Source of the DNA: Octopus sinensis
Taxonomy: Eukaryota
Direction: 5' to 3'
Length of the DNA: 64,000 nt
NCBI RefSeq assembly: GCF_006345805.1
Contig: NC_043021.1
Location: 19,406,001-19,470,000 of the forward strand
Program-made: the position numbers and the translations under genes
Notes under the pieces: model-generated
What the model was told of the DNA's origin: nothing
The model's database searches: none
Seen by the model: the letters and a program-made list of their open reading frames with translations, nothing else
Shown here: piece after piece, positions 50,243-61,929 of the stretch
Numbering within the stretch: the first letter of the stretch is position 1
How the letters are laid out: every line of letters starts with the position of its first letter

Positions 50243-53200
50243 CACAACAGACTTGTTTTAGTTTCCATCTGGTAAATTCATTCACAAGGCTTTTGTTGGC
50301 CTAGGGCTATAGAAGAAGACATTTGCCCAAGGTACCACACAGTGGTACTGAACCTGGAACCATGTAGTTGGGAAGAAAACTTGTCTGTCACACAGCCCTT
50401 AAAGGCTGCAGAATGGGGAAATAGGTAGTCCCACACAAAATAATTAGCAGGGGTAGCTGTGTGGTAAGTAGCTTGCTTACCAACCACATGGTTCCGGGTT
50501 CAGTCCCACTGCGTGGCACCTTGGGCAAGTGTCTTTTACTATAGCCTTGGGCCGACCAAAGCCTTGTGAGTGGATTTGGTAGATGGAAACTGAAAGAAGC
50601 CCATCGTATATATGTATGTGTGTGTATATGTTTGTCTGTCTGTGTTCGCCCCCCCCCCCAACATTGCTCGACAACCGATGCTCATTTGTTTACGTCCCTA
50701 TAACTTAGCGGTTCGGCAAAAGAGACAGAGAGAACAAGTACTAGGCTTACAAAGTAAAGTCCTGGGGTTGATTTGCTCGATTAAAAGGCAGTGCTCCAGC
50801 ATGGCCGCAGTCAAACGACTGAAACAAGTAAAAGAGTAAAAAAGAGTCTTTACTCCCAGCCCTTTCCATTCTCATTTCAAATCCTACCAGGAATGGCTTT
50901 TATGTCCTTATCAGTTCAAAGTATCAAAAGATCAATTAAAGCAACTTATTCCCTTCCCTCCAATAAATTTTCGCTCCTTTCTGCCAAGATGCTATTCAAA
51001 GAATTTTGTTTTCTTTTCTTTTTTACAAATCAGGTTCCGTTGTGGCATAAAAGACTTGGAGGTGATGCTACAAGGTTTGATTTCAAATGCCTTTGAAACC
51101 ATCACTTCAGTGTCGGAAGGAGTGGAATTGCTGGATATCTTCACGCACCTCTGCAACCGTGAGGTAACTTGCCAGGAGCATTACACTGAATTTAACCCAA
51201 TCATTCTCATCCTTTTTTTTTTTTTTTTTTTTCATCTATGGGTCCCTTTAATTCCTATTTTACTCTGCTGGACCCCTGCTGCTATTTGGTATTTAAAAAA
51301 TTCCTATTATATCATCATCAACATCATTTAGCATCCATTTTCCATGCTGGCATGGGTTGGACTGTTTGACCAAGACTGCTGAGCTAAAAAGTTGTACCAG
51401 GCTCCAGTCTGATTTTAGCTTGATTTCTATGGCTAGATGCCTTTCCTAATGACAACCACTCCAAGAGTGTAGTGAGTGCTTTTTATGTGCTACCAGCACG
51501 AGTGCCTTTTACGTGTCATCGGCACAAGCGCCTTTTTCATGTCACTGGTGTGGGTGCCTTTTACATGTCATATTTGTACAACCGAGGTCATTGCCAGTGC
51601 TGCTGGACTGGCTCCTGTGCAGGTGGCACATAAAAAAACACCACTTGAGCATGGCTGTTGTCAGTACCACCTGACTGGCCCTCGTGCTGGTGGCACGTAA
51701 AAGCACCCACTACACTCTTGGAGTGGTTGGCATTAGAAAGGGCATCCAGCTGTAGAAACTCTGCCAGATCAGATTGGAGCTTGGTGCAGCCATCTGGTTC
51801 GCCAGTCCTCAGTCAGATTGTCCAACCCATGCCTGCATGGAAAGCAGACATTAAACAATGATGATGATGATGATTAGAAATTGTATTTGTTAAAATGTTT
51901 TGTATATTGTAGAAATATTTAGGAACAAAACCACATGTGAACCTGAAAGGGTCATTTGGACCTCGTTCAAAACCACTGTTTTAAACCTTTATCTGTCCTG
52001 TATATCCCATGGTCATCATTGGCGTTAACTCATATCCAAGTAGTTAATCCCTAGTGAGTGATGAAGCCTCTTCATCCTGATGGGTGCAAAGGGTACCAGT
52101 GCCTGAGATGGAGGTTCAGGCCAAGAATGGTACCACGTGATACATAAGACCTATTTCCATGGTGTCTATGCATTAAATATGATACACATTCTCAACTTTT
52201 CCTATCTAACCACCAGAGTAACTCGGGACTTATGAAGGGAAGGCTTTATATTACTCAGAATGTATAAAACAAGGACCAACCAAAAGTCCGAAAACAACTG
52301 TGGGTGTTTCAGACAAATTTATGAAAATTCCTTGGACAGAAAAAGGGATTAAAGGGATTAGTGGCAGCTTCTATTCTGGTAGAAGTCTGTCTTCAGTGTC
52401 ACATGTGATACTCAGAACATTTTTCTCTGACTTCCATGCATCGTATACGATAAACATTCCCAATTTTTTTCTCAGCCATTAGAATAATTTGGAACTTATG
52501 AAAGGAAAGTTTATGGCTTTTGTATATTGTAGAAATACAAGCAATTTAATGTACATAAACTTTAGGAACAAAACCATATGTGAACCCGAAAGGGTCATCT
52601 GGACCTTGTTCAAAACCACTGTTTCGACCCTTTATCTGTCCTGTATATCCCATGATCATACCAGAGTATATCTGTATATTACAGATAATACCAGAATATC
52701 TGTATATCACAGATAATACCAGAATAGAAATCAAGCCAAAAGTTTACTCAGAACATTTGAAACAAGGACTATAGTAAAAGTCCGGAAAGGATAGACATAT
52801 GAAAATGCTTTGGACAAGCAAAAGGTTGAAATGAATACAGTCGTCATTGTTATTGAGGTTTAGTCTTCTATTATAATTCCAATCACACGATGCCGATGTC
52901 ATGTCAATGGTACCTGTGCCAGTGACAGATAAAAAGCACCCACTACACTCTTGGAGTTGTTGGCATTAGGAAGAGCATCCAGACATAGAAACCATGCCAA
53001 ATCTGATCAGAAGCTGGTGCAACTCCCCAGCTTACCAGTTTTCAGTCAAACCGTCCAACCCATGCCTGCATGGAAAGTGGATGCTAAATGATGATGACCT
53101 AGGATAGGCGGCGAGCTGGCAGAAACGTTAGCATGCCGGCCGAAATGCGTAGCTGTATTTCGTCTGCCGTTACGTTCTGAGTTCAAATTCCGCCGAGGTC

Positions 53201-54557
53201 GACTTTGCCTTTCATCCTTTCGATTAAATAAGTACCAGTTACGCACTGGGGTCAATGTAATCGACTTAATCCGTTTGTCTGTCCTTGTTTGTTCTCTCTG
53301 TGTTTAGCCCCTTGTGGGTAGTAAAGAAATTGATGATGAGCTAGGATGCTTTTTAGAAGCAGTTCCCTGCCTACGGGCCACAGTATGGTTACAAAAGGGC
53401 TGTGAAAACAAAACCCATTAAGTTTAGATTCTGATTGTATCTCATTAGTATGTGATTAGGGCCTCATCAATTTGGTTTCCAAAATATTTTGTAAAAACCT
53501 AAAACCGCATTTGTCACTTAGCCAGCTTTTACTCAGACTTAAGGTTCTGTATTTGACAGAACATCCGCAGAACCATTGACAAGAAAACCAGGTCAACGTT
53601 TAATGTATTCAGTGAGGAAATGAATACAGTGAAGAAGGAACTCACCCTTAAGTCACCTTACATTTTGAAAACCCATCCAAAGTACTCTGGATCTGCTTGC
53701 TGGTTAAAGGCCCTCAAAGCAAGAATTGACCTCAATATGAAGGTAAGCGCCAGCATTAAGGTTTCTACTGGTTATTGATGCTTCTTGTATTTTAGCCTTT
53801 TTCTTTGTTTCATATCCTGTTTCTTTCTCTAAGTGGAGGCGCAATGGCCCAGTGGTTGGGGCAGCGGACTCGCGGTCGTAGGATCGCGGTTTCGATTCCC
53901 AGACCGGGCGTTGTGAGTGTTTATTGAGCGAAAACACCTAAAAGCTCCAAGAGGCTCCGGCAGGGGATGGTGGTGATCCCTGCTGTACTCTTTCACCACA
54001 ACTTTCTCTCACTCTTACTTCCTGTTTCTGTTGTACCTGTATTTCAAAGGGCCGGCCTTGTCACTCTCTGTGTCACGCTGAATGAATATCGCCGAGAACT
54101 ATGTTAAGGGTGCACGTGTCTGTGGAGTGCTCAGCCGCTTACACGTTAATTTCACAAGCAGGCTGTTCCGTTGATCGGATCAACCGGAACCCTCGGCGTC
54201 GTAACCGACGGAGTGCTTCCATAAGTTTCTTTCTCTCTTGATCTTAAGTTTAATCTTTCCAATCCTTTTATCACCTTTACACTCTATAAAAGTGGACGCG
54301 TGTGGCTTGGCAGTTAGGGTGTTGGACTCGTGGTCATAAGACTGTTGTTTCGATTCCTGGACCGAGCAACGTGTTGTGCTCTTGAGCAAAACACTTCATT
54401 CCATGTTGTTCCAGTCTACCCAATTGGCGAGAATGAGTAATCCTGCGACAGACTGGTGTCCCCCATCCAGGTACGGAATATAGATGCCACTGAATCCAGG
54501 AACCTGGACCTATGAGCCTATATGACTTTGGATGGAACTTTAAACAGTGATGAGAGA

Positions 54558-54602
<45 letters not shown>

Positions 54603-54821
54603 ACATGTATGTGTGGCCATGATAGATCACTAGCCACTAAACCTTTTTCTATTTTCTCTCCCTGCTTATTTCTGTGTTCCTCACTGTTGAAGAGCATAGG
54701 CTCGAAACATAAAAGACTTTCTCATTTCCTGAGTGTTAAACTAATACATCTGTTTTTTGTTTACACACCCGTCTTCATCTTTTGTTTTTTTGTAAATTCT
54801 TACTGTATATATACCTATGTA

Positions 54822-54873
<52 letters not shown>

Positions 54874-57800
54874 TACATAGTTCCTGGCTTTGGGTAAAAG
54901 AAAATAAAGAAGGATCAGTTAATTGTTACAAAGTTCATTTTGCAGCCATGTGGTTTCTTAGTTCTTTACTGCCCCCAAGGGGCTACACACAGAGGAGACA
55001 ACCAAGGACAGACAAACTGATTAAGTTGATTATATCAACCCCAGTGCATAACTGGTACTTATTTAATCGACCCCGGAAGGACGAAAGGCAAAGTCGACCT
55101 TGGCGGAATTTGAACTCAGAACCTAATGGTAGATGAAATACCTATTTCTTTACTGCCCACAAGGGGCTACACACAGAGGGGACAAACAAGGTCAGACAAA
55201 TGGATTAAGTCGATTATATCAACCCCAGTGCGCAACTGGTACTTATTTAATCGACCCCGGAAGGATGAAAGGCAAAGTCGACCTCGGCGGAATTTGAACT
55301 CAGAACCTAATGGTAGACGAAATACCTATTTCTTTACTGCCCAGAAGGGGCTACACACAGAGCAGACAAACAAGGACAGACAGACGGATTAAGTCGATTA
55401 TATCAACCTCGGTGCGTAACTGGTACTTATTTAATCGACCCCGGAAGGATGAAAGGCAAAGTCGACCTTAGTGGTATTTCGTCTGCCGTTATGTTGTGAG
55501 TTCAAATTCGACCGAGGTTGACTTTGCCTTTCATCCTTTCGGGGTCGATAAATTAAGTACCAGTTACGCACTGGGGTCGATATAATTGACTTAATACCTA
55601 TGTCTGTCCTTGTTTGTCCCCTCTATGTTTAGCCCCTTGTGAGTAATAAATAAAAAAAATAGGTATAGGAGCAGAAACGCACACACACACACACACATAC
55701 ATGCATAATGAGCTTCTTTCAGTTCCTGTATACCAAATCCACTCGCAACACTTTGATCACCCTGGAGTCATAATAGAAAATATTTGCCCAAGGTGCTGTG
55801 CAGTGGAACTGAACTTAAGACCACATGGTTGGAAAACAAACTTCTTACTCCACAGCCTTGACCACACATATGCATTTATGATTAAAGATAATCCAGCCAT
55901 CATCATCATCATCACAGCTGTTTTACTTCGAGTGTCAAATATCAAGGACTACATTAACCAAATATCCTTTCTTTTTTTAGACAGTATTGTGTAACTTGAA
56001 TGAGATTTTGGCTGCTATTTCTAGCATTTCTCATATTGGCTCATGTTTAATTTTGTTGTTTCAGATGATAGAGAAGGCTTACTTCCTGAATCAATCCAAC
56101 TTTAGTGACATTGCTAAGAATTATCACCAACTCATCTCAGCTTTAGATGAAAACATCAGAAAATATTTTAATGAATGGAATTTAAGTTTAGATAAGGTAA
56201 ATATTTGAACATTCTCAAATTAATCTTGTAGGTATTTGGACCTTATAGAGACTCTTAAATAGAGAAAAAAAACCTGTTCTTTATAAACTGTTTCTTATAA
56301 AAAAAAAAAAATTGGGATCTTTTCGGTTTGAACGGCAGTTTTTTCTAGCAGTGTCATATGAAATTGTCACCCATAATTATAACCCTAGAATCGATCTATT
56401 GCATTTCAATCTCTTTTAGGGTTAGGGGTGGGAGAAAAGGGTATCTTTTTTTTTCTTCACAAATGTAAATAAACCTAATCTGTTTCTTAAACGAGGGACA
56501 TATTCATACAGCACAGAATGTTTTCATCTCAATAGACGTCATTGATTGGTTGAAATTGCAGAAATTGAAGAAAAAAACAACAACAAATATCTTACAAACT
56601 GTAGAATTTTCTCAATAAAGCCAAGAGAAAAATGCTGTTTTATAAACACATTCTACCAGTATACGAAGTTAAAAATTTTTTAGTTACCTAGAAATTATGT
56701 TAAAAACTGCCGTTCAAACCGAAAAGATCCAAGTATTCTATATAAGGCCAGCAATTTTGTGTGGAGGGGGGCAAGTCACATTCCCCCCCCCCCATAACTT
56801 TTGTGATTTAATCAATTTTTCAAAATAATTGAGAATTTGGTAAAAATATTGATGTTTGGATTATGATTTTGAAGGAATATGTTTCTTGCAATGTGATCAA
56901 AATTTTGCCTCTTGAAATCTTCTGCCAATGTTTTACGTAAACAGCAAGATATTTTTCAGTGTTTTAATTTAATTCTGTTTGATGATTTTTCTAAGGCGCA
57001 GGAGTGGTTGTGTGGTAAGTAGCTTGCTTACCAACCACATGGTTCCGGGTTCAGTCCCACTGCGTGGCACCTTGGGCAAGTGTCTTCTACTATAGCCTTG
57101 GGCCGACCAAAGCCTTGTGAGTGGATTTGGTTGACGGAAACTGAAAGAAGCCCATCATATATATGTATATATATATGTGCGTTAGGAACATAAATTGTGA
57201 CTAAGATTTGGTGGAAGATTTTAATTCAAAACTTATGAAAACAAGACATTTGTACTACAGAGCCAGAGCCGGTTCCAGCCGGGTTGGTAACGAAAGGGTT
57301 AAAATGGAGTTTTAATGAAGCATTGCATGATATTACTTTAAAGAAATTTATTGTACAAGGGTGGAACAGAGCAAGAAGGTACAAAGTAGACTACAAAAAG
57401 GAAAAGAAAACAAAACAAAATAAAGTTGCAGTTTTACTTTGTATTTTTATATCTCGGGGCTATAACCCCTTCTTCAGGACATTTGGAAAAGCAAGGGATG
57501 GAAAGGATGGAGAAGAGGAAGGTGACATGTGCAAACTGGGGTTGCTATAGTAACCAGTCTTCTTGTAGTTCCTTCCTGTTGTTAATGGTTGGTCTCAGTT
57601 TGTATAAAGTTCGTTAATGCTTACTTATTGTCCGTCTGTTTCGATAATGATTAATCACCATTTTGCAACTGTTTCCCCACATATTCATTTGTAGTTAGCT
57701 TTTGTAATTGTAGTGTGATGGATGAAGAGGACAACAGAAGGAGAAGAAATACAAACAGGTCTTACCTCGGCGAAGATCAGAGGTCTCTTACGAATTCGAC

Positions 57801-60107
57801 ACGTCCTGTCGCTTCCTCGTCTATGCTCCAACTGCCCGCTTCCGCGATCGCCACACGTGTGTCCCGCTTGACCGCTCCCCCCCCCCGCACATGTGCCCTC
57901 TAGTCTTCCACCGGGGCCCTTGCAAGCCCTACTTCCTCCCTCCTTTATCTGTCGTCCTCTTCCGCTTCCCCGTGCACATGCGCCCTCCAGTCTTCCACCG
58001 GGCCCCTGCAAGCCCTACTTCCGCCCTCCTTTATCTGTCCTCCTCTCCACCGACACCACAGTAATGCTATGAATTATGTTAACACTGACCTAAATAAGAT
58101 AAAGTTTAATTAAAAGATATATGTAGTGAGTAAAGAAGATAATGACCGACAAGATTATCTTTTTTTTTTTTTTTTTTAAGGATCCACTCACATACTTGGA
58201 TCTCCCTTTGATGCAAAAAACTATAGAAGAGGACGTTCCAGTTTTGCACCTGAATTTTTACAAGTAGGTGACCATTTTCTTCTCAGAGTTCAATCATGTG
58301 CTTCTGAATTCATTTACACTCTATGGTACCTTCTTAGAGGAGGCGCAATGGCCCAGTGGTTAGGGCAGCGAACTCGCGGTCATCGGATCGCGGTTTCGAT
58401 TCCCAGACTGGGCGTTGTGAGTGTTTATTGAGCGAAAACACCTAAAAGCTCCACGAGGCTCCGGCAGGGGATGGTGGTGATCCCTGCTGTACTCTTTCAC
58501 CACAACTTTCTCTCACTCTTACTTCCTATTTCTTTTGTACCTGTATTTCAAAGGGCCGGCCTTGTCACTCTCTGTGTCACGCTGAATATCCCCAAGAACT
58601 ACGTTAAGGGTACACGTGTCTGTGGAGTGCTCAGCCACTTACATGTTAATTTCACGAGCAGGCTGTTCCGTTGATTTGGATCAACCGGAACCGTCGTCGT
58701 CGTAACCGACGGAGTGCTTCCAAAAAAAAATAAAAAGACCTTCTTAGACAAGTGTTTTCCACTAGCTTCTCAAGTCACCACAAATCTCGTCAGTGAAATG
58801 TGAAAGTATATCAGATGGACTGTAGCAACAGTAATTCTTTGCCTAGTTGTGTTAAAAAAAAACAAAAAAACACCAATATATTTCAGAGTTAAAACAAAAT
58901 CACCCAGGTAGTGACTGCAAGAACAACAGGTGCGCATTTCACTGTATTTGCAGCTTGTCAGTATTATTTAATCGTGTCACTTTTGAAACGAGGTTAAATC
59001 AGCCAGTCTGAAGTATATAAAGAAAATGTATAAACGATACACTGGTTTTTCTTCTCATGCATATAGTTTACACATCTGTTTATACACAGAAATGCATTTC
59101 ACTGTATTTGAAGCTTAGGGCTGTTTCTATTCAGATTTTATTTAGCCTTATTATAATATAAGGTGTCAGAACAAATTCTGCAAAGCGTTTTTGCCAATGC
59201 TCTAACGAATCTGCCAGTTTGCTGCCTTCTTGTGTGTAAATAATACCCCCCACGGTCACCTACGAAACATTATGACTTCAAAACGGGGCTTTAGCCAAAA
59301 AAACCATGACTTCATTGTGTCAACCACTCTGCAGGGTGGTTGGTGTTAGGAAAGGCATCCAGCCATAAAAAAAAAAAAAACCATGCCAAAACAGACACAG
59401 TAACCTGATGTAGTCTTCTACCTGGTCAGCTGATATCAAACTGTCCAACCCATGCCAGCATTGAAGGCAGATGTTAAATGAGGATGATCATTATATACTT
59501 CACACACACATATATATCTTATACATCTCAGTTCTTGAATGATTGTGTTTGCAGTTGTCTTTTGTCCATGCGTTTTAGAGGGATTGTTTTTATTTTTATA
59601 TTTTTACATTTGTTTCAAATCCAGCTGTTTCCACTCCATATTTCAGATTTTATTTATCCTTATAGGCGCAGGAGTGGATGTGTGGTAAGTAGCTTGCTAA
59701 CACACCACATGGTTCCGGGTTCAGTCCCACTGCGTGGCATCTTGGGCAAGTGCCTTCTGCTATAGCCCCGGGCCGACCAATGCCTTGTGAGTGGATTTGG
59801 TAGACGGAAACTGAAAGAAGCCTGTCGTATATATGTATATATATATATATGTGTGTGTGTGTTTGTGTGTCTGTGTTTGTCCCCCTAGCATTGCTTGACA
59901 ACCGATGCTGGTGTGTTTACGTCCCCGTCACTTAGCGGTTCAGCAAAAGAGACCGATAGAATAAGTACTGGGCTTACAAAGAATAAGTCCCGGGGTCGAT
60001 TTGCTCGACTAAAAGGCGGTGCCCCAGCATGGCCGCAGTCAAATGACTGAAATAAGTAAAAGAGTAAAGAGTTATATACTTCACACACAAACACACACAT
60101 ACATACA

Positions 60108-60143
<36 letters not shown>

Positions 60144-61893
60144 TATATCTTTACTACCCATAAGGGGCTAAACACAGAGGCGACAAACAAGGACAGACAA
60201 ACGGATTAAGTCGATTATATCGACTCCAGTGCATAACTGGTACTTTATTTATCGACCCCGAAAGGATGAAAGGCAAAGTCGACCTTGGCGGAATTTGAAC
60301 TCAGAACGTAACGGCAGACGAAATACGGCTACGCATTTCGCCCGGCGTGCTAACGTTTCTGCCAGCTAACCCTATAAACTACATACATATATATATTATA
60401 TATATATATATGTATGTAGTTTATAGGGTTTATATATATATATATATATATATGTATGTAGTTTATAGGGTTAGCTGGCAGAAACGTTAGCACGCCGGGC
60501 GAAATGCGTAGCCGTATTTCGTCTGCCGTTACGTTCTGAGTTCAAATTCTGCCGAGGTTGACTTGCCTGTCATCCTTTCGGGGTCGATAAATTAAGTACC
60601 ATTTACGCACTGGGGTTGATGTAATCAACTAAATCCCTTTGCCTGTCCTTGTTTGTCCCCTCTGTGTTTAGCCCCTTATGGGTAGTAAAGAAATATATAT
60701 AGGAGAGGCTGTGTGGTAAGTAACTTGCTTACCAACCACATGGTTCTGGGTTCAGTCTCACTGTGTGGCACCTTGGGCAAGTGTCTTCTACTATAGCCTC
60801 GGGCCGACCAAAGCCTTGTGAATGAATTTGGTAAATGGAAACTGAAAGAAGTTTGTTATATATATGTATATTTATATATATATATATGTGTGTGTTTGTG
60901 TGTCTGTGTTTGTCACCCCAACATCACTTGACAACCGATGCTGGTGTGTTTACATCCCCGTGTTTACATCTCCGTAACTTAGCGGTTTGGCAAAAGAGAC
61001 CGAAAGAATAAGTACTAGGCTTACAAAGAATAAGTCTTGGGGTATATTTGCTCGATTAAAGGCGGTGCTCCAGCATGGCTGCAGTCAAAATAACTGAAAC
61101 AAGTAAAGGAGTAAAGAGTATATATACACATACACACCTTGTACATCTTAGTTTCTTGAATTTTTGTGTTTATAGTTGTTTTTTGCCTATGTTATTTTTT
61201 CTTCTTTTTACAGCTGTTTCAAATCCAGCTGTTTCTATTGATTTCACTCTTTACACTTCACAGGGCATTACTGAAAATGTTGAGTGAGATTCATTACTGG
61301 GAGTATCTTATGTTTGAAATACCTTACTATGCTGCCAGAGTGTACTCAAAGCAGAAAGAGCTACGAGATCGCCGTGAACATGTACTGCTTGTTGTCAGGG
61401 ATTACAACAGGTGAGACAATCTAAAACAATATTTGTTTCCACAGTTCTTTACTTCTGAGTGAAGGCATATGGCTTAGTGGTTAGGGTATTCAGTTTACAA
61501 TTGTAAGGTCATGAGTTCAATTCCTAGCAGCGCTTTGTGTCCTTGAACAAGACACTTTATTTCTCATTACTCCAGCGCACTCAGCTGGCAAAAATGAGTT
61601 GTACCAGTAATTCAAAGGGCCAGCTTTCTCACATTCTGTCACACTGAATCTCCCTCAGAACTACATTAGGAGTACGTGTGTATGTGAAGCACTCAGCCAT
61701 TTGCATGTTAATTTCATGAACAGGCACAGGAGTGGCTGTGTGGTAAGTAGCTTGCTTACCAACCACTTGGTTCCTGGTTCAGTCCCACTGCAAGGCATCT
61801 TGACCAAGTATCTTCTACTATAGCCTTGGGCCAACCAAAGCCTTATGAGTGGATTTGATAGATGGAAACTGAAAGAAGCCTGTCGTATATATG

Positions 61894-61929
<36 letters not shown>

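Noticed and set aside
53835-53910. tRNA-like heads (also in SINE families 1 and 2) as tRNA genes
   Set aside because: They continue directly into SINE bodies, occur in many diverged copies, and I could not build a proper cloverleaf.
54522-55392. ORFs across microsatellites and the SINE array
   Set aside because: Repeat-derived low-complexity translations.
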